From: Eubacteriales bacterium
GTDB taxonomy: Bacteria > Bacillota > Clostridia > Oscillospirales > CAG-272
Direction: 5' to 3'
Length of the DNA: 64,000 nucleotides
NCBI GenBank assembly: GCA_045638685.1
Contig: JAZUBT010000037.1
Coordinates: 34,483-98,482, forward strand
Shown here: one piece after another, positions 37,652-47,613 of the stretch
How the letters are laid out: the number at the start of each line of letters is the position of its first letter
Numbering within the stretch: position 1 is the stretch's first letter
Position numbers and translations under genes: made by a program
Notes under the pieces: generated by a model
Databases searched by the model: none
What the model saw: only the letters and a program-made list of their open reading frames with translations
What the model was told of the DNA's origin: nothing

Positions 37652-38695
37652 ATGAAAAAGAACGTTACAGTTATAGGATTTGGAGGTCAGGGAGGCTGGC
37701 ACGCAAACCACGCGTTAAACAGCGACGTAGTTTCTCTGCTCGGAATATACGATATAGACGAAAAGAAAAACGAGCTTGCAAGACAGAAGGGAATACACGC
37801 TTACTCCTCTCTTGACGAGGCTATCTCGGATCCGAAATGCGATATAGTCGTTGTTGCAACGCCTAACGACGTCCATAGAGATATAGTTGTTAAATCTCTT
37901 CTCGCCGGCAAGGACGTAGTCTGTGAAAAGCCGGTCGCGATGAGCGTTGACGTGCTCGACGAAATGCTTGACGCGGCAAAGAAAAGCGGAAGGCTTTTCA
38001 CCGTTCACCAGAACAGACGCTGGGACGTTGACTTCCTCGCTATGAAAAACATTATAGAGGGTGGCGACATCGGTGAGGTTATCCGCATAGAGTCAAGAAT
38101 CCACGGTTCGAGAGGTATCCCCTCCGACTGGCGTTGCCACAAGCAGTACGGCGGCGGAATGATACTTGACTGGGGTGTACATCTTATCGACCAGATGCTT
38201 CAGCTCATTCCCGAAAAAATCAAAAAAATCTCCTGCGATATAACCAACATAACCACCGACGAGGTTGATGACGGCTTCCGCCTTAATCTGTACTTCGAAA
38301 GCGGAAAAACAGCTCTCATCGAGGTAGGAACGTTTAACTTTATCGCTATGCCGAGATTTTATATGCAGTGTAAGCACGGCAGCGCGAAAATCGAGGATTG
38401 GAGAAGAAACGCGGAGGTTGCAAAGTGTCTTGCTTGGCACGAAAGCGAGGTTGTTCCGGTACAGACCGCCGCGGGTATAACCAAGACCATGGCTCCGAGA
38501 GACGAAATAACCCTTAAAACCTACGAAGCAGCTCGCCCTGCATCCGACGTTCACGATTTCTACCGCAATCTCGTAAAGGCTATCGACGGAATCGAGGAGC
38601 AGCTTGTTACCCACGAACAGATAAGACGTGTTCTTTCCGTAATGGAGGCTTGCTTTAAGTCGGCAGAGCTCGGCGCTCCTATTGATTTTGAGTAA
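37652..38695 (+). CDS. Gfo/Idh/MocA family oxidoreductase
   Basis: It has a Rossmann N-terminus (VTVIGFGGQGGWH), the EKP motif (VCEKPV) and a GGAGG RBS. Confidence 0.9.
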   Translation: MKKNVTVIGFGGQGGWHANHALNSDVVSLLGIYDIDEKKNELARQKGIHAYSSLDEAISDPKCDIVVVATPNDVHRDIVVKSLLAGKDVVCEKPVAMSVDVLDEMLDAAKKSGRLFTVHQNRRWDVDFLAMKNIIEGGDIGEVIRIESRIHGSRGIPSDWRCHKQYGGGMILDWGVHLIDQMLQLIPEKIKKISCDITNITTDEVDDGFRLNLYFESGKTALIEVGTFNFIAMPRFYMQCKHGSAKIEDWRRNAEVAKCLAWHESEVVPVQTAAGITKTMAPRDEITLKTYEAARPASDVHDFYRNLVKAIDGIEEQLVTHEQIRRVLSVMEACFKSAELGAPIDFE

Positions 38696-38717
38696 TAATT
38701 AACTCTGAAAACACTGT

Positions 38718-38746
38718 AAAACCCGCGAAAAACTCGCGGGTTTTTG
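38718..38746 (+). terminator. Rho-independent terminator
   Basis: The hairpin acccgcga-aaaac-tcgcgggt is followed by TTTTT. Confidence 0.75.
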
Positions 38747-38926
38747 TATTACTGTCGGAATTAACCGCCCGTTATTCAGATAATATGCAATAAAAATCTC
38801 CGTTTTTTATCAATAGGTAAATGCAGAAAAAACGGCTAACATCTTACCCTCCATTGCTTTTTTGTGTTTTCTATCTTTAATTAAAATTTATGTTTTTTTC
38901 GTATTTATAAGAAAAAGTAATACGTA

Positions 38927-38955
38927 TTGACAAATTGCTAAGCGAGTGATATAAT
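38927..38955 (+). promoter_or_regulatory. Sigma-A type promoter with an extended -10
   Basis: TTGACA and TGATATAAT are separated by a 17 nt spacer, about 80 nt upstream of the ATG at 39033. Confidence 0.6.
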
Positions 38956-39032
38956 GTATAATACAATATACAGCACTAAAATAAACGGTATATATTATTT
39001 TATTAAAAGCTTTGGCTTTTGGAGGAAACAAA

Positions 39033-42005
39033 ATGGATATTGGAATGATACTCACGGTTGGAATCGTTACGTTTCTTATTGTGAGCGCCTTTGTCGGCTT
39101 TGTAAGAGGAAGCAAAAAGGCTCTTTTCAGATTTATCACAGTAGCTCTTTCCGCCTCGCTCTCGTTTCTCGCGGTGGTTGTATTCAAAAACCTGCTTGGC
39201 GAGGAAGCTATTACGGCCAGGATTAACGCCATTCTGGCGCAAAACGGTATGCAGCAGATTCTTGATATTGCAGCCTCATCCCCTCTTCTTGAGGAGGTTA
39301 TACTTAAAACGGTAGGCGGCATAGCAGCCCCTCTCATATTCTTCGTAGCGTTTTTTGCAATATCAACCGTTACCTACGTTCTTTATTTTCTGTTTACCCT
39401 TATATTCAGAAAACATTTAAAAGTCGAAAAGAACGGCTGTGCCGGTGGAATTTTCGCTCTTATTCTCGGTTTTGGCCAAGGAGTAGTTATTACCGCTGCG
39501 CTCATTCTTACTATAACCAGCTATACGTTAATAGTACCCGAAATCGCTCCGAAGCTTGAAAGCGCCGAGACTCTTAACGAATCGCAGCGCGGAATTGTTA
39601 CCGAAATAAACAAAACAATAGACAAAGCAAACAACTCCCAGATCATTTCGGTATATAGGAGCTGCGGTCTTGACCTTGCGGCGCACAGCCTTATGGACTA
39701 CAAGATACAGCTGGAAAATGAAACGCTGAAAATAGGTATGGCTGATGAAATCTCCTCTATTTCGGAGCTTGTTTTCGTATTTATGGATCTTACCGCATCG
39801 CCTATAGCTGAATACGGAGAAGCGGAAGCTGCTTTAATCCAGAAGCTCGGAACGAGCTTTACCAAGTCAAGAGTTCTCTCTCTTGCAGGCGCGGAGCTTC
39901 TTCACAGCGCAACGGAGAGCTGGAAAAACGGAGAGCCCTTTGCGGGCAAGACAAAGCCTGACCTCGGAGCGGATATGAATCCGCTTCTTACCAAGCTTAT
40001 CGAAACCTTTAACGAAAGCACAAAGAAAGCCGAAACCTTTAACGAGGACGTAATAACCACGGCTAATCTGGTTGCCATTTTCGCAAAGAACGGAATTTTC
40101 TCGGCATCGACTCAGCTTGAAACCAACCCGAACGCTCTCTTTGACTGCATAGCAAAGGACGGAGTTATCTCGGAAATAACTCTTACGTTAAATACAAACG
40201 CGCGAATGCGCGCTCTCGTTCCCGAAATAACCAACCTCGGACTTAAAACACTTGCAAACGCGCTCGGAATTGCGGAAAACACAAGCGAAATCTATACCGA
40301 AACACTAACCAACATTGTAGCTCACATTAACAGCGCAAAGAACGAAACTGACCCGACAGAGGCGTTAAAGCCACTTCTTAAAAATGAGTTTGAAAACATC
40401 GGCGTAATCGTTGATCCCGCTTACATTGACATTCTCGCTTCCGCTCTTATAGAGGATTTCGGTTCCTTTGATGGAGAGCTTACAGCCGAATTTATCGCGG
40501 AATTCTTTGACGTTTACAGTAACGTAGTGGAGGGCGGTTCTGTTCAAACGTCGGGTGGCGCAGCCTCCGTTCTTCCCCTCGGTACGTCCGAGGAAGAGAA
40601 GGCTTACACCTTCCCGAAATACGCAAACAGCACCCTCCTCATTACCACGGGAGCGGTAAGAGCAGCAAATGAAAGCTTTGCTAAAATCGATGCCGCAGTT
40701 CCGGAAAAGCTTGACGCGTTCAAATCATCCGACGCATTTATTTGCGGTATGCGTTCAAGCGCGACGGCAACGATAAACCGCGCTACGCTTAAAGATTTCC
40801 TCGTTGACTCCAGCTGCGTTATAACCGATCCGGTAGCGGAAGGTGCCGCTCTTGAGTCGATAGTTAAAGAGGTTGTGTCGATAATGAACGCGCTGAAAGC
40901 CCCCGAAAACAACGGAATAGAGACGCTTAAAACCTTCTCCTCCAGTCTTGGCGGGGCGCTCGATAACCTTTCAAAAACGGAGATGTACGGCTCCGACAAA
41001 ACCTTTACCCTTTTCACAGCGATACTTCAGTCAAATACTTTAAGGGACACCGCAAAAATAACCGTCCCCGAGACGATTAAGCTTACCGATAAGCACCGCG
41101 AGAACGCCGAAAAGGTTTCATTTGGCTCTCTTATGAACGTTCTCTCCAGCACAGTTGACGTAATTACCTCTATGCAAAACAACGAAACGACCACCGAGTC
41201 TATCGAAAGCCTGATTCAAAACATCACGCCCGAAAACTCCGAAATTATCAAAGAGCTTATAACGGTTGAGCGTGTGGAGGAAATGGGCGTTCCAAAGGAA
41301 AACGCCGAAACGACCACCGAGCTTTTGGGAGATCTCTTCGGCAACCTTGGAAAGATAGAGGATCCCGAAACCTACGAAACTGAAGCAAAGGCAGTTGAAA
41401 ATATAATTAATCTCGGTATTGTCGCGAAGGACTTTTTGAACGGAAATAACGGTAGCGGTAGCGAAGGTGGCAACGGCACCGGAGACGGTAGCGGCACCGA
41501 AGGCGGTAGCGGCACCGGAGACGGTAGCGGCACCCCTGAGCCTCCGAAGAAAAACCTTTTCAACACCGTAGTAACCAAGGACGAGAGCGGTAGCGGCACC
41601 GGAGACGACTCCGGCAATGGAGACGGCAGCGGTTCCGAAGACGGCAGTGGTTCCGGAGACGGTAGCGACAACGGAGACGGTAGCGGAGAAACGATTATTG
41701 AAGAAGGCGCACTCGGTTGTACGGCAGACGAAATGGTTAACAACATTATGTCAAGCTCTGCGGTTTGCGACACCATAGTTACCACGGCAAAGGAAAAAGA
41801 AATCGAAGATCCGTTTGGAATTGGCGCAAGCCTTACCGAATCCGATCAGCAGGCTATAAAGGATGCGTGTGATAATTACGTAAATCAGAACTCTGACAAG
41901 TCTTCCGACGAAATGGAAAAGATAACCGAAACGCTTGAAAGCATATTCCTTCTCCTCGGAATAAAGGGCTGGACCGCTCCCACGTTCCCCGTTCCCACCC
42001 CGTAA
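39033..42005 (+). CDS. 990 aa membrane protein: N-terminal CvpA-like 4-TM domain fused to a large extracytoplasmic or low-complexity region
   Basis: I place the start at 39033 (GGAGGAAACAAAATG). The N-terminus MDIGMILTVGIVTFLIVSAFVGFVRGSKKALFRFITVALSASLSFLAVVVF is CvpA-like, and there are four hydrophobic helices in total. The remaining roughly 800 aa have no motif I recognise and include a Gly/Ser/Asp-rich tract. Confidence 0.8.
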   Translation: MDIGMILTVGIVTFLIVSAFVGFVRGSKKALFRFITVALSASLSFLAVVVFKNLLGEEAITARINAILAQNGMQQILDIAASSPLLEEVILKTVGGIAAPLIFFVAFFAISTVTYVLYFLFTLIFRKHLKVEKNGCAGGIFALILGFGQGVVITAALILTITSYTLIVPEIAPKLESAETLNESQRGIVTEINKTIDKANNSQIISVYRSCGLDLAAHSLMDYKIQLENETLKIGMADEISSISELVFVFMDLTASPIAEYGEAEAALIQKLGTSFTKSRVLSLAGAELLHSATESWKNGEPFAGKTKPDLGADMNPLLTKLIETFNESTKKAETFNEDVITTANLVAIFAKNGIFSASTQLETNPNALFDCIAKDGVISEITLTLNTNARMRALVPEITNLGLKTLANALGIAENTSEIYTETLTNIVAHINSAKNETDPTEALKPLLKNEFENIGVIVDPAYIDILASALIEDFGSFDGELTAEFIAEFFDVYSNVVEGGSVQTSGGAASVLPLGTSEEEKAYTFPKYANSTLLITTGAVRAANESFAKIDAAVPEKLDAFKSSDAFICGMRSSATATINRATLKDFLVDSSCVITDPVAEGAALESIVKEVVSIMNALKAPENNGIETLKTFSSSLGGALDNLSKTEMYGSDKTFTLFTAILQSNTLRDTAKITVPETIKLTDKHRENAEKVSFGSLMNVLSSTVDVITSMQNNETTTESIESLIQNITPENSEIIKELITVERVEEMGVPKENAETTTELLGDLFGNLGKIEDPETYETEAKAVENIINLGIVAKDFLNGNNGSGSEGGNGTGDGSGTEGGSGTGDGSGTPEPPKKNLFNTVVTKDESGSGTGDDSGNGDGSGSEDGSGSGDGSDNGDGSGETIIEEGALGCTADEMVNNIMSSSAVCDTIVTTAKEKEIEDPFGIGASLTESDQQAIKDACDNYVNQNSDKSSDEMEKITETLESIFLLLGIKGWTAPTFPVPTP
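41441..41692. repeat. Low-complexity GGT/AGC/GAC-rich coding repeat (G-S-G-D/E-G units)
   Basis: The translation is NGSGSEGGNGTGDGSGTEGGSGTGDGSGT...SGSGTGDDSGNGDGSGSEDGSGSGDGSDNGDGSGE. Confidence 0.85.
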
Positions 42006-42121
42006 TTTTCGCGAACGGAAAACACCCATAAGCGCCCTCTGTGCTCGTTAAATCCGATTTCAGATGACGGACGCAAGGCAGCCTCACAGCGGAAACAAAA
42101 ATCACAGCACAGGTATAAGAG

Positions 42122-42162
42122 AAAGCGGGTGTGTTCTTAAAACAAGAGCACACCCGCTTTTA
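42122..42162 (+). terminator. Strong hairpin terminator after the CvpA-like gene
   Basis: aagcgggtgtgttctt-aaaac-aagagcacacccgctt forms a 16 bp stem with one mismatch, followed by only a short T stretch. Confidence 0.65.
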
Positions 42163-42228
42163 AACCGTTAAACACTAAGCCTTACTTATTTTTCGCGGCT
42201 TCTTTTTCCGCCGCAAAATGGAGATTCT

Positions 42229-43185
42229 ATGAAAAAAACTCAGCGTACCGAAAACCCCTTTCCTTTTTCGGATTCCAACAAAAGATATTATACCATGGAT
42301 TACTTCCTGCGCACGGCGTTCGCAGGAAAAAAGGCGTGTAAGGTTCCGATTGACGCAGGCTTTACCTGTCCCAACCGCGACGGCACTAAGGGACACGGGG
42401 GCTGTTCCTTTTGCAGCGGAAAAGGCAGCGGTGAATTTACACCGGGCAGAGAGCACAGCATAACAAAGCAGATAGACGCAGGTATCGAAATGATGCGTAA
42501 AAAGTGGGAAAGCGCCGCTTTTATTCCCTATTTCCAGAGCTTCACCAACACCTACGCACCGATTTCTGTACTTAAAGAAAAATATGCCGAGGCGCTAAGC
42601 CACCCCCTCTGCGCCGGTATCTGCATAGCGACGAGACCCGACTGTATTACCCCCGAGGTCTCTGAGCTTCTACACGAAATATCAAAAAATAATTTCCTTA
42701 TGCTTGAGCTTGGGCTTCAAACCGTCCACGACGAAACCGCGTTAGGTTTAAACAGAGGGTACGGGTATGACGATTTTCTCAGCGCCTACGAGCTAATAAA
42801 GGATTTATTCGTCTGCGTACATCTTATAAACGGGCTGCCCGGAGAAACGCGTGAAATGATGCTGGAAAGCGCACAGCGCCTCTCCGACCTCAACGTCAAG
42901 GCGGTAAAAATACACTCTCTATACATTACCGAGGACACTGAAATTGCGAAAAGCTATCTTCGTGGCGAGTTTGACGTAATGTCAAAGGACGAATACGTGC
43001 GTACCGTTTGCGACCAGCTTGAAATTCTCCCGCCAACCACCGTTATAGAACGGGTAACGGGAGACGGAGCTCCCGACACCCTTATCGCCCCCGAATGGAG
43101 CCGCAAAAAGCTTTCAGTTCAAAACGATATCGATAAAGAATTATACCGTAGAGGAAGCTATCAGGGTATAAGGTTTTTAAAATAA
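42229..43185 (+). CDS. TIGR01212-family radical SAM protein (YtqA-like)
   Basis: The sequence FTCPNRDGTKGHGGCSFCSGKGSGEF is the characteristic cluster of this family, and the length is about 318 aa. Confidence 0.88.
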   Translation: MKKTQRTENPFPFSDSNKRYYTMDYFLRTAFAGKKACKVPIDAGFTCPNRDGTKGHGGCSFCSGKGSGEFTPGREHSITKQIDAGIEMMRKKWESAAFIPYFQSFTNTYAPISVLKEKYAEALSHPLCAGICIATRPDCITPEVSELLHEISKNNFLMLELGLQTVHDETALGLNRGYGYDDFLSAYELIKDLFVCVHLINGLPGETREMMLESAQRLSDLNVKAVKIHSLYITEDTEIAKSYLRGEFDVMSKDEYVRTVCDQLEILPPTTVIERVTGDGAPDTLIAPEWSRKKLSVQNDIDKELYRRGSYQGIRFLK

Positions 43186-43217
43186 TTCCGTCTCCGTTTT
43201 CTGGCAGCATCTAAAGA

Positions 43218-44216
43218 TTACAGCTTCGGAAGATAGCTTTTCGGGTTAACCGTACTGCCGTTTTTCCTGATTTCAAAATGCAGGTGCGGTCCCGTAACGT
43301 TACCCGTGGCTCCGCTTTTGGCTATGTACTGGCCCTTATACACTCGGCTTCCGTTTTTAACCTCTATCTTGCTAAGGTGCGCATAATAGGTTAAATCACC
43401 GTTGTCGTGCTGAATCTTTATAAGATATCCGTAGCTGCCGTTATACCCCGCGAAAATAACCTTTCCTCCGTCTGCGGCGTAAACGTAAGTTCCGCTCGAG
43501 GCCCGAAGATCAACACCTAAATGAAAATCATATTTTCCCGAAAGCGTGCGTCCTCCGTAATCCGAGGTTATGTAAACGCTTTTAAGCGGCCACGCGTATT
43601 TCCCCGTAGATGCCGTTGATTTTTTCGTACCTACAAGCACTACCTTGTTCTGCGCCGCTTTAACCTCGGTGTCGGAAACGAGAGTTCTCGTCGCCTCCGC
43701 GCCGTCAACGTAAACCACGTCGTAAACAAGGGTACGTGTGCCGTTTTCTCCCTCGTTTTTCACCACGCTCGTCCCCTCGTAGTGCGCTGAGGAGTTCTGA
43801 TATACCGTTTTAAATTCAACGGTTTTCGACTGGCTTTCGCTCACGGTAACCGAAAATGAAAACGACTTTCCGCCCAAAAGATAAATTTCCTTTATCTTCT
43901 CGCCCGTTTTAACCTCACTTTCATAGCACTCTCTTTCGGTAATTTCAAATTTATTGTTAAGCGCTACGCTTTTCACCTCCGGATAAAGCTTTTTTACCTC
44001 CTCTGTTTTATCCGAAATAAGCTTTTCCTTAAACCTTTCAAAAGCCTCCGGACTTTCTATGTATGCAACGCCCTCTCCGTCAACGGTAAGATAATATGCG
44101 TTTACTCTCTCCCCCTCACCGACCGATACGTCGGGAAGCCCCTCTATTGCTCCGGAGCAGGAGTAAAGCATACATACACCCGACAGTAGGGTAATAAGTA
44201 TTGCACGTTTCACCAT
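43218..44216 (-). CDS. M23 family metallopeptidase with a G5-like domain
   Basis: It has a signal or lipoprotein-like N-terminus and a G5-like segment (TVYQNSSAHYEGTSVVKNEGENGTRTLVYDVVYVDG). M23 motifs are present (HLGVDLRA, GPHLHFEIR). Confidence 0.9.
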   Translation of the reverse strand: MVKRAILITLLSGVCMLYSCSGAIEGLPDVSVGEGERVNAYYLTVDGEGVAYIESPEAFERFKEKLISDKTEEVKKLYPEVKSVALNNKFEITERECYESEVKTGEKIKEIYLLGGKSFSFSVTVSESQSKTVEFKTVYQNSSAHYEGTSVVKNEGENGTRTLVYDVVYVDGAEATRTLVSDTEVKAAQNKVVLVGTKKSTASTGKYAWPLKSVYITSDYGGRTLSGKYDFHLGVDLRASSGTYVYAADGGKVIFAGYNGSYGYLIKIQHDNGDLTYYAHLSKIEVKNGSRVYKGQYIAKSGATGNVTGPHLHFEIRKNGSTVNPKSYLPKL

Positions 44217-44389
44217 TTAAACAACTCCTTTCTTGAGTATATTACCCCCGTCCTCGCGGCGAACGGTTCACGAAAACAAAGGCTACTTAAATATTTTATC
44301 AGACGCAGGGTGTAAAATCAACAGGAAAAGACCTACTGTCTCACGTTCCCGTTAACATCAGGAAGCCTTGCCTTTTTTTACCTTAGCAC

Positions 44390-44418
44390 TTGACTTTTTT
44401 CTCTTTTAATGTTAATAT
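44390..44418 (+). promoter_or_regulatory. Possible sigma-A promoter
   Basis: TTGACT and TAATAT are separated by a 17 nt spacer. Confidence 0.4.
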
Positions 44419-44452
44419 AAAGTAGCGATTTCCGCAGAAAGGAGCATCTAAC

Positions 44453-45337
44453 GTGAAAAATAATGAAAAAGCGCTTTCGGTGTCGCTTATTTTACACCTG
44501 CTCCTTACTTTGATAGAGGGCGCGCTGACACTAATGTTCGGCGCAGTATTAAAAGGCTCTGCGGCGATTAAGATATTCTCTCTTATATTCACACCCGTAC
44601 GCTTTTTGCTTCCTGTTTTCCTCTATCGGAAGGCTTCGGGATACACCCCGTTTGTAACACCGATAAGCTGCTGCAAAGCGCCCGAAAAAACAGCTGCTGC
44701 CACGAAAACGGCTATAACCTATATTTTTGCCTTATCACTTACCGTAATAGTCCTGAACACCGTCGGCGCTCTTACCGACGCAGCTCTCTCCTTTTTTGGA
44801 CAAAACACGGAAAAAACCATACCCGTGTCCCGTTTTGACGTCGTTTACACCTTTTTAAAAAGCGTTCTTTTCGCGTCGGTTTTAGAGGAAACGCTGTTCA
44901 GAGGAGCTCTGCTCCACGCCTTTTCGGGAAGAAAAAAGCTTCACCGCATACTGCTTTCCGCTATTCTGTTCGCACTTATGCACGGAAGCATTCGTCAGCT
45001 TTTCTACGCTGCTGCCGCGGGAGCGGTCATAGCCGCGTTTACCGTTATAACAGGCTCTCTGAGATTTGCGGCAGCCGTTCATTTCGGAGCAAACTCGGTT
45101 TCCTTTATATTTTCGCTTTTAAGCGTTTATCTTCCCCCGAACACCTATAAAACGGTATCCTTGGTTACGCTCGCCGTTTTTACCGTTACGGCTGTTTTAT
45201 CCTCGATAATATATTCACTCAGGTTTCGCGAAAAAAACAATCCCCCCTCGGACTTAAAAACGGAAAAATCCCTTCCGAGAGAGGCATGGATATATATAGC
45301 GGCGGCGATAGGCGTTACGCTTATTAATATGCTCTGA
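44453..45337 (+). CDS. CPBP family intramembrane glutamic endopeptidase (CAAX protease-like)
   Basis: It uses a GTG start after AAAGGAG. The protein is multi-pass and has the motifs EETLFRG and FALMHG. Confidence 0.85.
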   Translation: MKNNEKALSVSLILHLLLTLIEGALTLMFGAVLKGSAAIKIFSLIFTPVRFLLPVFLYRKASGYTPFVTPISCCKAPEKTAAATKTAITYIFALSLTVIVLNTVGALTDAALSFFGQNTEKTIPVSRFDVVYTFLKSVLFASVLEETLFRGALLHAFSGRKKLHRILLSAILFALMHGSIRQLFYAAAAGAVIAAFTVITGSLRFAAAVHFGANSVSFIFSLLSVYLPPNTYKTVSLVTLAVFTVTAVLSSIIYSLRFREKNNPPSDLKTEKSLPREAWIYIAAAIGVTLINML

Positions 45338-45406
45338 GCAGTTAGTCCGCACCTGGATTTTTCAAGTTAACAAATCTGTTATTAAATACTTTAAATGGAG
45401 AAAATT

Positions 45407-45880
45407 ATGTTTTCCGAAAAAGACAAGGAATTTATGGATATTGCGCTATCTCTTGCGCGCGAAGCGGCAATCGACGGCGAGGTACCCGTCGGCGCGGTTG
45501 TCGTCCACAAGGGAACTGTTGTCGGTAAAGGACGTAACAGACGCGAAAAAGAAAAAAACGCCCTCGCCCACGCAGAGCTTGAAGCAATAAACGAAGCCTG
45601 TGATACTCTCGGCGGTTGGCGACTCCCCAACTGTACTCTTTACGTAACGCTCGAGCCGTGTCCGATGTGCGCGGGCGGAATAATAAATTCCCGTATCGGC
45701 AGAACGGTTATCTCGCTCGCCGATGCGAAATCCGGCTGTCTCGGCTCGGTTATAAACTTTAACTCTTACCCCTTTAACCATAAGACGGGGGTGGAATACG
45801 GTCTTTGCGAAAACGAAGCGAAGTCGCTTATGTCGGATTTTTTCGCTAGACTACGGGAAAAAAGAAATGCCGAAAAGTAA
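45407..45880 (+). CDS. tadA: tRNA adenosine(34) deaminase
   Basis: The CDA motifs HAELEAI and PCPMCAG are present. I chose the start at 45407 (GGAGAAAATTATG); an in-frame ATG also exists at 45395. Confidence 0.92.
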   Translation: MFSEKDKEFMDIALSLAREAAIDGEVPVGAVVVHKGTVVGKGRNRREKEKNALAHAELEAINEACDTLGGWRLPNCTLYVTLEPCPMCAGGIINSRIGRTVISLADAKSGCLGSVINFNSYPFNHKTGVEYGLCENEAKSLMSDFFARLREKRNAEK

Positions 45881-45972
45881 GTTTTTAGGCAAAGGCTTTT
45901 AACCGGTTGCTTTCAAAAAAGAAAACGCTCTTAAATCTTAAAAGCGTTTCGTATTATCAAAGGAGACTGAAA

Positions 45973-46566
45973 ATGACTATCACCTATGAGGTTGGAAACG
46001 GACTTTACGTAAACATCACAAACCGCTGCACAAACTCCTGCGAGTTCTGTGTCAGAAGCGTTGCCGACGGAACCTACGGTGAGCTTTGGCTTTCGCGCGA
46101 GCCTACAAATGAGGAGATACTTACCGATATATTTAAAAGAGACCTAAACCGATACTCCGAGCTTGTTTTCTGCGGCTACGGTGAGCCTACCGTAAGACTT
46201 TACGATGTTCTTGAAATAGCGCGCGCGGTAAAGGAAAAGCACGGAATTAAAATCCGCATTAACACCAATGGACACGCAGCTATGATTTACGGCAAGGACG
46301 TCTCTCCGCTTTTCAGCGGTGTTATAGATAGCGTATCGGTAAGCCTTAACGCGGCAAACGCCGCGGATTACAACAGAATATGCCACCCGGATTTTCCCGA
46401 TGCGTTTGACGGACTTCTCGATTTTACCGCAAGGGTAAAGCAGTACGTTCCCGAGGTTATGCTCAGTATAGTAGGTGAAACAATACCGAAAGAGGACGTC
46501 GAAAAATGCAGAGAAATTGCAAACCGCTGCGGAGTTCTGCTTAAAATACGCGAGTATATAAAATAA
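45973..46566 (+). CDS. Small radical SAM protein (resembles the TatD-associated TIGR04038 type)
   Basis: I place the start at 45973 after AAGGAG. The CxxxCxxC cluster is NRCTNSCEFCVR, and the protein is about 197 aa. The subfamily assignment is from memory. Confidence 0.75.
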   Translation: MTITYEVGNGLYVNITNRCTNSCEFCVRSVADGTYGELWLSREPTNEEILTDIFKRDLNRYSELVFCGYGEPTVRLYDVLEIARAVKEKHGIKIRINTNGHAAMIYGKDVSPLFSGVIDSVSVSLNAANAADYNRICHPDFPDAFDGLLDFTARVKQYVPEVMLSIVGETIPKEDVEKCREIANRCGVLLKIREYIK

Positions 46567-46643
46567 ATTTTCGTTTCTTACTGCGCTTCCCGTTTTTTCG
46601 CCCGTTTTAGCAGAGGGACTAAAAGCTCCGACGTTGGAAGCAA

Positions 46644-46677
46644 TAAAAAAGCACCGCGAGCTTGCGGTGCTTTTTTA
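46644..46677. terminator. Bidirectional rho-independent terminator
   Basis: aaaaaa-gcaccgc-gagctt-gcggtgc-tttttt lies between convergent genes. Confidence 0.8.
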
Positions 46678-46692
46678 TTGTTTAAAATTTAA

Positions 46693-46881
46693 TTAAACAG
46701 CTCTCTCAACCTTGCCGGAACGAAGGCAACGGGAGCATACATATACGGTGGTATTGGTACCGTTAACGACTGCCTTAACCTTTCTGATGTTCGGCTTCCA
46801 CATTTTGCTTGTCTTTCTGTTAGAGTGAGAAACGTTGTTTCCGAAAGACGGAGCTTTTTCACAGAATTCACACTTAGCCAT
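46693..46881 (-). CDS. rpmB: 50S ribosomal protein L28 (Cys-containing zinc-ribbon form)
   Basis: The translation is MAKCEFCEKAPSFGNNVSHSNRKTSKMWKPNIRKVKAVVNG...CSRCLRSGKV. Confidence 0.95.
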   Translation of the reverse strand: MAKCEFCEKAPSFGNNVSHSNRKTSKMWKPNIRKVKAVVNGTNTTVYVCSRCLRSGKVERAV

Positions 46882-46971
46882 CTTTAAACCCTCCTATTAA
46901 AATCAAAACTCATCACGGCGGAGGCAAGCTTTTTTCGCTTTCGGGCCTCTCACCAGAATTACACAGACATC

Positions 46972-47000
46972 ATTATACCACACTTTTTTGAAAAATGCAA
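46972..47000 (-). promoter_or_regulatory. Sigma-A promoter for rpmB
   Basis: On the minus strand, TTGCAT and TGGTATAAT (extended -10) are separated by a 17 nt spacer. Confidence 0.6.
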
Positions 47001-47064
47001 TAGTTATTTCAAAAAAATTTTATTTTTTTACAAATGTAAATATGCAAAAATTATTCACCCTCTA

Positions 47065-47093
47065 TTGACAAACGCGGCTTTTTATTATATAAT
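47065..47093 (+). promoter_or_regulatory. Consensus sigma-A promoter for the nusB operon
   Basis: TTGACA and TATAAT are separated by a 17 nt spacer. Confidence 0.65.
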
Positions 47094-47163
47094 ATATTTA
47101 ATTATGTTAATTAAATTATTTATTATAGTACAAAGCCTTGAAAGGAAGTAAAAGACAAACAAA

Positions 47164-47613
47164 ATGACAAGACGTGAGGCAAGAGTAGCGGCGTTTCAGT
47201 TAATATACGAGCGCAGTATTCAAAAGGACAAATCAACCTCTAAAATTATCAAAGACACATCAGAGGCTCAGGAGTTTATCCCTAACAGATACATTAAAGC
47301 GGTGTTAAGAGGCACAGAGGAAAAGCTCGACGAGCTTGACACTCTTATAAATGAGGCCTCGCTTGAATGGCGTATAGAAAGAATGTCGGCGGTTTCTCTT
47401 TCAATTCTCCGACTTGCCGTTTACGAAATGCTTTATTTTTCCGACGAGGTTCCGTTCAAGGTAGCAATAAACGAGGCGGTAGAGCTTGCCAAGAACTTTG
47501 ATGACGATAACGCTCCGGCGTTTATAAACGGTATTCTGAATAAAATAGCAACGCTTAAAGGACTTAAAAACGACGGAAAAACGGACTTTGACAGGTCGGA
47601 GCCAAACCGATAA
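47164..47613 (+). CDS. nusB: Transcription antitermination factor NusB
   Basis: The sequences TRREARVAAFQLIYE and AINEAVELAKNF...FINGILNKI are typical of NusB. Confidence 0.93.
   Translation: MTRREARVAAFQLIYERSIQKDKSTSKIIKDTSEAQEFIPNRYIKAVLRGTEEKLDELDTLINEASLEWRIERMSAVSLSILRLAVYEMLYFSDEVPFKVAINEAVELAKNFDDDNAPAFINGILNKIATLKGLKNDGKTDFDRSEPNR

Noticed and set aside
41372-41785. 137 aa minus-strand Pro/Ser/Leu-rich ORF
   Set aside because: It is the antisense reading of the Gly/Ser/Asp-rich coding tract of CDS 39033..42005.
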